NCBI GenBank assembly: GCA_965226495.1
Contig: OZ245365.1
Coordinates: forward strand, 4,384,001 to 4,448,000
DNA from: Candidatus Marinacidobacterales bacterium
Lineage (GTDB): Bacteria; Acidobacteriota; Vicinamibacteria; Marinacidobacterales; DATDRI01
Direction of reading: 5' to 3'
Length of the DNA stretch: 64,000 nucleotides
A program made the translations under genes and the position numbers. Position 1 is the first letter of the stretch. Every line of letters starts with the position of its first letter. A model generated the notes under the pieces. The model did not search any database. It saw only the letters and a program-made list of their open reading frames with translations, and was not told the DNA's origin. Of this stretch, positions 38,567-47,495 are shown piece after piece.

Positions 38567-40335
38567 CAGCGATTGTCTTCTCTCTCACCACGTAGTCTGC
38601 GGGTTTCGTCCTCGTCGATCTCGTTCTCCGCCGTGATCGCGACGCGGTACACTTCTCGGGCGCGTTCCACACTGACCCAACCCTCGCGGACGTCGTGCAG
38701 GACTCGCGAGGGCTCCCGCTCCTCTGGCGGTCCGTAGCCACCGGCGCCACAGCATTTCGAGACGATTCTTTCGCCAGGCTCGAGGGTGACACGAAATCCC
38801 CACCCGAGATCTTCCGAGAGCTCGCCGTCCCGGCCGCGCTTCAACTGTGCGGCCGGTGCGCCGGTGCCACCGCCGCGCGCGCCACGCGAAGGGAAGTGGG
38901 TTCCATCGCTGCCGCCGATCACTTCGATCGGAGTATCCAGCGGCCCGAACTCGACGTAGGCGCCCGGCGCGCCTCGGAAGCGCCCTGCTCCCTCGCTGTC
39001 CGGGATCAAGCGCTCCTCGTAAATCATAATCGGGTGCCTGAGCTCGTCCACCTCGATGCTATCTCGCATCATCGTTCCTGCCGACCCGATACCGGCCAGC
39101 GTCAGCCAGCCGTCGGCTTTGGGTGCGCCGGCGCCGTGCGTGGTTCCGAGGACGAGGCCGTCCGCGAACCGGCGGTTGCCGTGTCGTGGATCGGTTCCCG
39201 AGATTTTGGCCCAAGCGGCGGGTAGCGTCGCGCCGACCTCGGCCATCCCGTAACCGTCACCGAGCTCCGCCATCGCCATGGTCACTTGTTTGGCAACGCG
39301 TTCAGCGAGATGGGTCGTTGCCATCGAGCAGCTCGTTGGGTGTCGCGGGATACCCACGATGCAGTTCTCGCGGAGGAAGACCTCCACGCGACGGAAACTT
39401 CCGGCATTCGTAGGGATGTACTCGTCGAGACTGGCGAAGACTCCGATGAGCCCGGCCGTCGAAGCGGTGGCCTCGCTCAAGTTGAGGCCATTCGGAACGC
39501 AGTCGATATTGTCGCGAAGATCCACCTCAACCTTCTGCTCCTCCGGATCGACGCTGACCTGTACGTTGAGCGGAATCCCCTCGGGAAACCCCGGCACGGG
39601 ATCGTAGCGACCCGTCGTGGTTCTCGACCCGGCAGGCAGGCGCGCGATCGCTGACTTCATCCGCTGCTCGCTGTAATCGAGCCACTGGAGCGTATAGCTT
39701 TCGAGAACCTCCGGTCCGACCTCCCGCAATAGCTCCAACAGCAGTCTCTCGCCGATTCTCGCCGCGCCGACCAAGGCCTGATAGTCGCCGTACCAGAGCT
39801 CTGGTATCCGGATCCGCATGCGGCACATGTTGATGATGTCGTCGATGTCCTCGTAGTCGTCTTGCACCTTGACCGCGGGGAAGATCAGCGCGCCTTCTTC
39901 GTAGACGTCCCTAGCTCGGAAGTGACGCGTCGCCGGGATGGAGTTGCCGGTGTCCGCGAGGTGTCCCTTCGACAACAGGGTGAAGCGGTGGACTCCCTCG
40001 TCATCGATCACCGGAACCAGGATGGCCCAGTCGGCGGCATGCGAGTTTCCATGGTACGGGGAGTTGTGGAGGAATGCGTCGCCACGCCGAAAATCCGGAT
40101 GGAGCTCCATCATCGACTTCGCCATCAGGTCCGCGCCGCGAAACACGTGGATGGGGATGCTGTCGTCCACCGCGAGTAACTCGTTGGCGGGTGTGAGAAC
40201 GGCGCACGAGCAGTCTCGCGCGCCGGCGAGAATGACCGACCGAGCACTCCGCCGCAGCGTATTGATCATCGCGCGGATGATGCCGTCGATGCGATTGTTC
40301 AACAGCGCGAGCTCGATGGGCCCCAGAGTCTTCAT
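38566..40335 (-). CDS. Hydantoinase B / oxoprolinase family subunit
   Basis: HNSPYHGNSHAAD, H.ADTG, YEEGALIFP, GAGRFRG and GGYGPP.ER; start at MKTLGP overlaps the upstream stop. Confidence 0.92.
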   Translation of the reverse strand: MKTLGPIELALLNNRIDGIIRAMINTLRRSARSVILAGARDCSCAVLTPANELLAVDDSIPIHVFRGADLMAKSMMELHPDFRRGDAFLHNSPYHGNSHAADWAILVPVIDDEGVHRFTLLSKGHLADTGNSIPATRHFRARDVYEEGALIFPAVKVQDDYEDIDDIINMCRMRIRIPELWYGDYQALVGAARIGERLLLELLREVGPEVLESYTLQWLDYSEQRMKSAIARLPAGSRTTTGRYDPVPGFPEGIPLNVQVSVDPEEQKVEVDLRDNIDCVPNGLNLSEATASTAGLIGVFASLDEYIPTNAGSFRRVEVFLRENCIVGIPRHPTSCSMATTHLAERVAKQVTMAMAELGDGYGMAEVGATLPAAWAKISGTDPRHGNRRFADGLVLGTTHGAGAPKADGWLTLAGIGSAGTMMRDSIEVDELRHPIMIYEERLIPDSEGAGRFRGAPGAYVEFGPLDTPIEVIGGSDGTHFPSRGARGGGTGAPAAQLKRGRDGELSEDLGWGFRVTLEPGERIVSKCCGAGGYGPPEEREPSRVLHDVREGWVSVERAREVYRVAITAENEIDEDETRRLRGEREDNR

Positions 40336-41942
40336 AGGAGGCCCGACGGAGCGTCCGGAGCCGACCAAACGGTCCGCCCATCGATCGCGACGAGAGTTGG
40401 CGTCAGCGACGGCCAGTCGTTCGGATCCTTAGCCAGCGGGTTTTCACTCCACACGACGAAATCGGCGGCGCTGGCAGGGGCGATCGTACCCACGTCGGCC
40501 CCGATGTAGGCACCACCGGCGCGGGTGAATAAACCGATCGCCTGAGCTGGGTCGAGCGCCTCCTTGTCCCCTAAACTCGACCCGTCCCATGCCTGGCGCG
40601 TGACCGCGATCTTGGCGCTGAGGAGCGGCGGGCATGGAAGCGTGTCGGAGCCGGCGGCGACCTCGACGTCAAGAGACATCATGCTGGCCAGCGGGTTCGA
40701 GCGACCTGCAAGTGGTCCCCATGCCTCGCGCATCTCCTCGACGAAGACGTACGCCAAAAGCGGCTGCACCGACACTCCGATGCCCAGCTCTCGGCAAGCG
40801 AGCATATCGCCAGTGTCCATCAGGAACGCGTGGGCCAGCGTGACCTGCCCGGGCGCCAGGGTCGCCCCTTCCTGACGAACGCTCCGAACGACGTCGATGA
40901 CCGCTTCGATCGCCGCACCGCCCATCACGTGAACGCACAGGGGCCATCCGCGATCCGCGCACAGCGAGACCAGAGTCTGGATCTCGTCCACGCTGTAGCG
41001 TGGGATCGCAGGCTCGGCGAGCTCTTCGCCTTTCCTCATCCACGAGCCCGAGAACTCGCCGTCGAGAAGTAGTTTGACCGCCCATGCCTGCAGGCGGTCG
41101 TCGCCTTCTAGCGGAAGAGCCGAGCTCGCAAGAAGGCGATCGAGCTCCTCCGCGAATGGCCGTCGATAGTCGAACCGATTCATCAACCGAACGCGTTGTG
41201 GCAAGGTGCCACGAGACCGGGCCGTCTTGTAAAGCTCCCATCCCGCATCGAAGCCCGCCGCCAAACCGGGATCGACGATGGTCGTGATGCCCATCCCCAG
41301 CAGTTGAACGCAGGCGTCCTCGAGAAGAGCCAGCTCGTGCTCATGATCCTGAGAGCCGAGATGATAGAGATAGTCGTTGACCGTTCTCACCGCCGGTCCC
41401 CGAAGGACTCTCTTCGTGCTGTCCCATTGATCCTCCGGAACGTCCTGCAGCTTGGACGCAAGCGTGGATGCTGCCAGCCGGTTCAGAACCGCGCGCTGCG
41501 GACGGCGGTAAAGGAAAACCGGATGATCCGGTGCCGCACGATCGAGCTCTTCGCTGCTGGGTAGCCGCCGCTCCGACAGATTCCGTTCGTGCCAGAGGGC
41601 GGTATCGCCGAAGGAGCGGATCCATGTGCCCCCGGGGAGACGGCGAGCGTGAGTATTCACCGCCTCCAGGACGTCAGCCAAACTCCGCGCTTCCCCGAGG
41701 TGCACCATGGCCAGGTCGTGGGCAACCTTCTGCAAGTGCATGTGCGTGTCGCAAAAGCCTGGAAAAACCGTGGCTCCGGCCAAATCGGTGCGGCGCGTCT
41801 GCGAGCTCGCCACTCGATCGAGCACCTCCCGTTCGCCGACCGCCACGAAACGGCCGCCGGAGATTGCTACCGCGTTTGCGGTGGGGCGACTGGCGTCGAA
41901 TGTTTCGATGTGCCCGTTGAACAGAAGCCAGTCCACACCCAT
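40332..41942 (-). CDS. Amidohydrolase 3 (YtcJ/NfdA-like)
   Basis: DL.GATVFPGFCDTHMH, LDR.APDHPV, GITT..D, KLLLDG, VHVMG and AGSD. Confidence 0.88.
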   Translation of the reverse strand: MGVDWLLFNGHIETFDASRPTANAVAISGGRFVAVGEREVLDRVASSQTRRTDLAGATVFPGFCDTHMHLQKVAHDLAMVHLGEARSLADVLEAVNTHARRLPGGTWIRSFGDTALWHERNLSERRLPSSEELDRAAPDHPVFLYRRPQRAVLNRLAASTLASKLQDVPEDQWDSTKRVLRGPAVRTVNDYLYHLGSQDHEHELALLEDACVQLLGMGITTIVDPGLAAGFDAGWELYKTARSRGTLPQRVRLMNRFDYRRPFAEELDRLLASSALPLEGDDRLQAWAVKLLLDGEFSGSWMRKGEELAEPAIPRYSVDEIQTLVSLCADRGWPLCVHVMGGAAIEAVIDVVRSVRQEGATLAPGQVTLAHAFLMDTGDMLACRELGIGVSVQPLLAYVFVEEMREAWGPLAGRSNPLASMMSLDVEVAAGSDTLPCPPLLSAKIAVTRQAWDGSSLGDKEALDPAQAIGLFTRAGGAYIGADVGTIAPASAADFVVWSENPLAKDPNDWPSLTPTLVAIDGRTVWSAPDAPSGLL

Positions 41943-41949
41943 CTCCTCT

Positions 41950-43266
41950 TCAGGCTACCGAACGCGAGCCGTCGGATGAAACTTCGATGGTGGTTGGTGT
42001 CGAGTGCGGAGAATAGGGCATCACCATCGCCACCGCGGCGGTGACTGCCTGGGCGGCCATGACGTAGAACGGGATCCATCCGCCGAGATCCTTCGAGATG
42101 AGCGCCGTGGCGACGAGCGGCGCAGTGCCCCCGAAGACAGCGACCGCCACCGCGTAGGGGAAGCCGATGCCGGTGGAGCGAACCTCGGCCGGGAACTGCT
42201 CGGCCTGCACCGCGGCGAGCACCGCTCCAACACTTGCGAGGAGCAAGGAGCCGGATATTGCCGCGACGAGATACCAGCCAAAGGAACCGGTCTGCGCGGC
42301 CCGCAGCAACGGCCAGGCTAGCACGACGAATCCCAGGGCGTGTCCCACCAACAACGGCTTCGGCCCAATGAAGCGATCGGAGAGCTGCGCCATCAGCGGC
42401 ACTACGAGGATAAACAGAATCAACGCGATGAGGTTTCCGATAAACCCCTTGTGTAACGGCAGCCCGCCGACGATGAAAGCATACGTCGGCAGGAACGACA
42501 TCCAGATGTAGTACGTGACGGTGACGCCGACGCTCAGCCCGGCGACGCGCAACGATTCCTTCGGGTACACGCGTAAGACTTGCACCAGCGGGTTGCGCGC
42601 CACACGCCCAGCCCGTTCCACTTGCGTGAACTCCTCGGTCTCCTGCATCGAGACGCGGAGGTAAAGGACAAAGCCGGCCATCACTCCCCCGAGCAAAAAC
42701 GGCAACCGCCAGCCCCACTCCCCCAGCGCGGGTTGTGTAATCCACGAGGTCGTCGCCGCCGCCGCACCTGTGGCGAGGAGTGTACCCAGTCCGGCACCGA
42801 CGTGCTGAAGAGAGCCGGCCGACGCGCGTCGGCCCGGACCGCCGTGCTCGACCAACAAAGCGCTCGCCCCACCCCACTCGGCACCGGCCGAGACGCCTTG
42901 GACCAGACGGAATGCCACAAGGATCAATGGGGCCGCGATCCCGATCGTTCTGTAGCTCGGCGTCAGCCCGATCCCCAGGCTCGCCAGGCACATCGTTCCT
43001 ACGGTCAGGGCGAGCAGTTTCTTTCGGCCGAAGCGGTCCCCGTAGGGTGATAGGAACACGCCGCCGATAGGACGCGCGACAAACCCTAGGGCAAACGTAA
43101 GGAACGTAAGAAGGAGCGCGGTTCGCGCGTCCTGTTCCGGGAAAAATTGAGGGGCGAATACCGGCGCCAAGAGCCCGTAGATCGCCCAGTCGTACCATTC
43201 GATGAGATTGCCCATCGCTCCGGCGGCGACGTCACGCCATCGTCGTGCGCTCGATTGTTCGGACAT
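41950..43266 (-). CDS. MFS transporter, metabolite:H+ symporter family
   Basis: GN.IEWYDW, FFP, ARPIGG...GDRFGRK, R.VQG.S.G.EWGG and EQFP..VRS.G. Confidence 0.93.
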   Translation of the reverse strand: MSEQSSARRWRDVAAGAMGNLIEWYDWAIYGLLAPVFAPQFFPEQDARTALLLTFLTFALGFVARPIGGVFLSPYGDRFGRKKLLALTVGTMCLASLGIGLTPSYRTIGIAAPLILVAFRLVQGVSAGAEWGGASALLVEHGGPGRRASAGSLQHVGAGLGTLLATGAAAATTSWITQPALGEWGWRLPFLLGGVMAGFVLYLRVSMQETEEFTQVERAGRVARNPLVQVLRVYPKESLRVAGLSVGVTVTYYIWMSFLPTYAFIVGGLPLHKGFIGNLIALILFILVVPLMAQLSDRFIGPKPLLVGHALGFVVLAWPLLRAAQTGSFGWYLVAAISGSLLLASVGAVLAAVQAEQFPAEVRSTGIGFPYAVAVAVFGGTAPLVATALISKDLGGWIPFYVMAAQAVTAAVAMVMPYSPHSTPTTIEVSSDGSRSVA

Positions 43267-43278
43267 ACCGCCTGTCGC

Positions 43279-44439
43279 CTAGCTGGTCCGGTTCACTGCG
43301 GCGACGAGGTCATGCAAGATGTCGTCGCCTTTGCTCCAGTCGAACCACCGCAGGACGAAAACGAGATCGTTCTCTGGGTCTACCCAAACGATCCCTGAGC
43401 CGGCGCCCCGCGCCGCGAAGCTCGTCCGAGGAGCGCGTGGCCAATTCTTCCCTTCGGTATTGACCCACCACATGTAGCCGTATTCGTAGTCCGGATAGAC
43501 CTCGCAAGGGACTAGTGCTGCATCGATCCACTCCTCGGACAAGAGTTGTTGGTCTTTCCACTTTCCCCGGCGGAGATGCAGATAACCAAACCGAGCCAGG
43601 TCGCGCGTGCTCATCCACACGCCACCGCCCCAGTGGCCTCCCCCGCTTACGGAGAGGACCGTTTCTCCGTCCACGTCAACCTCGGAGTTCCGGTAACCGT
43701 GCCACTGCCAGGTGTCGGACGCATCGATGGGATCCATGATGGATTCCTTCAGCACATCGGGTAGAGGCCGCTTCCACAATCTAAGTAGTGACAGCGAGAG
43801 ACGGTTGACCCGCACGTCGTTGTGCCCGAGAACGGCTCCCGGCTCTTGGCGTACGTGCCCAGGCTTTTCCTCGGCCCAGTGCGGCTTGTCAAAGAGTGTC
43901 CCCTCCCACTCACTCGTTTGCTGAAGGAAGTGGTGCCAAGTGATCTTGGCATTGTGCGGAGAATCGAAACCACCGTCGTCGACGTACTTCTTCACCGGAT
44001 CGTGGAAGTTCTCGATGAGCCCCTGGTCGAACGCCAGACCCGCCGTAGTGGCAAGAAAGCTTTTTGTGATGCTGAAGGCCATGTCGACCCGCCTGGTGTC
44101 TCCGAACTCGGCCACGATGTAACCGTGTCGGAGAACGACCCCGTTGATCTCAGCTCGCTCTTTGGTTGGACCGATGAGCTCGTTGTGCGGCTCCTCGGCG
44201 ATGCGGATGCGCATCATCTCCGCGGGATCCATCGGAATGTCGGCGGCGTACTTCTTCGCCGTGGCTATCGCCTTATCGACTCCTTCACTGCTCATCCCGA
44301 CCTGCTCGGGTGTCTTCGCAATCCAGGCATCGCCGGGGCCCGGGAAGTAGATCTCGGGCACCGGATCGGATTGAGGTTGGGAAGCGCAGCCGAGGCCTAG
44401 CGCCAAAGCAAGCAGTGGTAGGGCGAACCTCTCGTCCAT
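43279..44439 (-). CDS. Beta-lactamase-family serine hydrolase lipoprotein
   Basis: Lipobox LGC, SITK (SxxK), ITW.H.LQQTSEWEG, GGGHWGGG and YGYMWW. Confidence 0.88.
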   Translation of the reverse strand: MDERFALPLLALALGLGCASQPQSDPVPEIYFPGPGDAWIAKTPEQVGMSSEGVDKAIATAKKYAADIPMDPAEMMRIRIAEEPHNELIGPTKERAEINGVVLRHGYIVAEFGDTRRVDMAFSITKSFLATTAGLAFDQGLIENFHDPVKKYVDDGGFDSPHNAKITWHHFLQQTSEWEGTLFDKPHWAEEKPGHVRQEPGAVLGHNDVRVNRLSLSLLRLWKRPLPDVLKESIMDPIDASDTWQWHGYRNSEVDVDGETVLSVSGGGHWGGGVWMSTRDLARFGYLHLRRGKWKDQQLLSEEWIDAALVPCEVYPDYEYGYMWWVNTEGKNWPRAPRTSFAARGAGSGIVWVDPENDLVFVLRWFDWSKGDDILHDLVAAVNRTS

Positions 44440-44530
44440 GGCCCGGCAAGTCTGCCACCCTGGCCCGAGGGACGCAAGGTCTTTGGGTATTCACTCGTTT
44501 TCTGATATCTAGTGGAGTAGGAGGTATCGG

Positions 44531-45997
44531 ATGTCACGTCATGTAAGCGTATTTGTCGGTTCTACCATCGTTTTTTGGGCAACGTCTCTCGTTGGCCAGA
44601 CGCCCGGACCTCCTCAAGAGATCGCGACCCGGATCATCGACGCGGCGCGAGCCAACACGGGTGTCATTGAGATCACGCAGTACCTCAGCGACTGGATCGG
44701 TCCCCGCCTCGCCGGCTCCGAGCAGGAGCAGAAGGCGATTCAATGGACCGCCGAGCGAATGCGTGCGGATGGACTCTCGCACGTCCGTTTACAGCCGGTC
44801 ATGGTCCCGCGCTGGGTGCGAGGCGTCGAGACGGGTGAGCTCTTGAGCCCCTCCAATCAGCGCCTTCCTTTGACCGCACTCGGAGGAAGCGTTGCAACGC
44901 CGCCGGAGGGAATCACCGCCGAAGTGGTCGAAATCACTCGCTTCGACCAGCTCAGCGACGACGTCAAAGGCAAGATCGTTTATTACCACACGCCTCTGGA
45001 TCCTTCTCTCGAGCCAATGAACGCTTACGGCAACGTCATTCGATTTCGCAGTCGCGGCGCCGTGGAAGCGGCACGCTTTGGAGCAGTTGCTGCATTAATC
45101 CGATCTACCGGCACCCGGAGTCTGGGCGCACCCCACACCGGCTCGATGTACTACGCTGACGACGCTCCACGGATTCCTAATGCCGCGGTCAACATGGAGT
45201 CGGGTGATCTTTTGCATCGGCTGATTGCAGCAGGAGAGAAACCTCGGGCACGCATTGTGCTGACCCCACGCTCGGAGGGTGAGGTCGAATCAGCCAACGT
45301 GATCGGCGAGCTGCCGGGAACGGATCGTCCCGACGAAATCGTCGTCATCGGTACTCACCTCGACTCCTGGGATCTGGGAAGCGCCGCGGTCGATAATGCC
45401 GCCGGATGCGCGATCTCGATGGAGGTGCCGAAATTGCTCAAGGAGCTCGGCCTCATCCCGCGGCGCACCATCCGCGTCGTACTCTTCACGGCTGAGGAGA
45501 TCGGCAATCTCGGTGGTGAGCACTACGCGGACATGCCCCAGGAAGAGCTCAGCGCGCACGTCGCGGCCCTCGAAGGCGATCAGGGACCGGACCATCCGTT
45601 CGGTTTCCGGGTTAGCCGGGGCGACCTCATCGCGGGAACGAATCCGGTCCGGGATTCGGGAGACCCCGGTCTCGAAACGGCGCGAGCCACTTTGGAGAGA
45701 TGGGCGCGCGTTCTCGAGCCCGTGGGGGCGTCGCGGGTGGATGTCGGTGGTATTCAGGGAATGGGGGCTGACATTTCACCGCTCGCGAGAAAAGGGGTCC
45801 TCGGTGTGGCGCTACGTACCGACCAGTCGCGCTATATGACGCTTCACCACACGGACGCGGACACGTTCGACAAGATCAAGCCCGACGCGGTGAGGATGAA
45901 TCTAGCCGCCCTGGCCTTGATGACGTACGCGCTCGCCAACGCGCCGGAGAGTTTCTACGAGGGCTTGCGACCGGACGACGGCAGTTCTGAGAGATGA
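44531..45997 (+). CDS. M28 peptidase (carboxypeptidase Q-like, PA domain)
   Basis: IGPRLAGS, HLDSWD, DNAAG, FTAEE.G and HHT.ADT.DK; signal peptide. Confidence 0.9.
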   Translation: MSRHVSVFVGSTIVFWATSLVGQTPGPPQEIATRIIDAARANTGVIEITQYLSDWIGPRLAGSEQEQKAIQWTAERMRADGLSHVRLQPVMVPRWVRGVETGELLSPSNQRLPLTALGGSVATPPEGITAEVVEITRFDQLSDDVKGKIVYYHTPLDPSLEPMNAYGNVIRFRSRGAVEAARFGAVAALIRSTGTRSLGAPHTGSMYYADDAPRIPNAAVNMESGDLLHRLIAAGEKPRARIVLTPRSEGEVESANVIGELPGTDRPDEIVVIGTHLDSWDLGSAAVDNAAGCAISMEVPKLLKELGLIPRRTIRVVLFTAEEIGNLGGEHYADMPQEELSAHVAALEGDQGPDHPFGFRVSRGDLIAGTNPVRDSGDPGLETARATLERWARVLEPVGASRVDVGGIQGMGADISPLARKGVLGVALRTDQSRYMTLHHTDADTFDKIKPDAVRMNLAALALMTYALANAPESFYEGLRPDDGSSER

Positions 45998-47445
45998 CGA
46001 AGGGACCACTTTCGCTTCTGGCCGTTCTTCTGCTGAGCAGCCTCGCCCAACAAGGTGACTCGGCACTGGTCGCCGATACCAAATCGACCGCGCAAGCTGC
46101 GGACGGCAGATTCATTTCCTGGCGCGAGCACATCATAGACGACCCGCTAATCGGTGCTTTACCCGATCTAGCCGGGAGCGACGGTTTGGCGATGGGTGAT
46201 TTGAATGAGGACGGCTTCGAGGACATTGTGTCAGTGCACGAATCGGACACCGTTTACGACGGCAGCCCGGTTGGTTATGTTCGAATCGCCTGGGGCACGG
46301 GCGATCCGGCACGGTGGCGATTGTCTACTTTGGCGTCGGGTCCCGAAGCAGCCGCGGCAGAGGATGTCTCCATTGCGGATGCTAACGGTGATGGTCATCT
46401 GGACGTCGTTGTAGCTTGCGAGCTCGCGCATCTAATCTATTTCGAGAATCCCGGCGCCGACGCCCAGAATTCTCGCCAATCTTCTCGATGGGAGCGAGTG
46501 ATCCCGCCAATAACGTCTGGTCGCGGTTCTTACATTCGTGCTTTCTTTGCCGACTTTGATAAAGACGGACGTCCAGAAGTGGTGGCAGCCAATAAAGGCG
46601 ATCAAAGCGCCGGAGAGGATGTTACCGAGCGGAGAAATATTTCCGTTTTCATCTTGCCCGAAAATCCACTGGAGGGATCTTTGTGGCGTGAGCAGGTGCT
46701 CGGCAAGGTTCGAGTACCCATCAATTCAGAGCCGGTTGATCTGGACGGCGACGGCGATCTCGATGTGGTCGCCGGTTCCCGCGGGGAAGGACGGATACTC
46801 TGGTTTGAGAACCTCGGTGAGATGCGATTCGCAGAGCATGCTATTGAAGTCTCCGGCATTCCGGCAGACCTCAGGATTACAGGCTTCAACATGGATTACG
46901 CAGACATAGATGGGGATGGTCGCCTTGACATCGTCGTCAACGCCTGGCCAGGGTCGCTGATCTGGTTAAAGCAGCCCGCTAGATTCGACGAACCGTGGGA
47001 ACTGTATCTGATAGGTACCTTCACGCCCGACCAACTGGTGAGTGTCCGCCTTGCAGACATCGACGGAGACGGCGATCTCGATGCTTTTGCCGGTGCCTAC
47101 AGTCGAGGCCCAAGAGATGCCGATGGTGCGGACATCAACCGTGACGACCCCATAGGACGTATCGGATGGTTCGAGAATCCCGGTGCCGATCCCGGTCAAC
47201 AGTGGCAACGTCACGACGTGTCACGCCGAAAGCGTGGCATGTACGACAAATGGCTAGCCCGCGATTTGGACGGGGATGGCGACCTGGACATGATCGGCAC
47301 CCGAGGGAACAGTTATCCATACGATGGAGTTATTTGGTTGGAGCAGGTTCGTACCGACGAGGCTCAGGCTGTATTTCAGCAAGGTCGCGACGAGGATAGT
47401 CAGCAAATGCCGCTACCCTCGGGCGAGTTAGGTGTGAAGCATTGA
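45994..47445 (+). CDS. FG-GAP/VCBS repeat beta-propeller protein
   Basis: Seven D-x-[DN]-x-D-G-x-x-[DE] repeats with W/YFEN(P) segments; signal peptide. Confidence 0.88.
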   Translation: MTKGPLSLLAVLLLSSLAQQGDSALVADTKSTAQAADGRFISWREHIIDDPLIGALPDLAGSDGLAMGDLNEDGFEDIVSVHESDTVYDGSPVGYVRIAWGTGDPARWRLSTLASGPEAAAAEDVSIADANGDGHLDVVVACELAHLIYFENPGADAQNSRQSSRWERVIPPITSGRGSYIRAFFADFDKDGRPEVVAANKGDQSAGEDVTERRNISVFILPENPLEGSLWREQVLGKVRVPINSEPVDLDGDGDLDVVAGSRGEGRILWFENLGEMRFAEHAIEVSGIPADLRITGFNMDYADIDGDGRLDIVVNAWPGSLIWLKQPARFDEPWELYLIGTFTPDQLVSVRLADIDGDGDLDAFAGAYSRGPRDADGADINRDDPIGRIGWFENPGADPGQQWQRHDVSRRKRGMYDKWLARDLDGDGDLDMIGTRGNSYPYDGVIWLEQVRTDEAQAVFQQGRDEDSQQMPLPSGELGVKH

Positions 47446-47495
47446 CGTGCTTAGATCCAGTTGGGATCTCCGGAAGGCCGAGGCGACTACTTTCT

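Noticed and set aside
41867-43198. 443-aa Arg-rich ORF overlapping the MFS gene on the same strand
   Set aside because: Alternative-frame artefact with low-complexity R/G/P composition.
46180-47300. Recurrent GACGGCGATCTCGAT-like DNA repeats
   Set aside because: They encode FG-GAP protein repeats with irregular spacing; not a CRISPR array.
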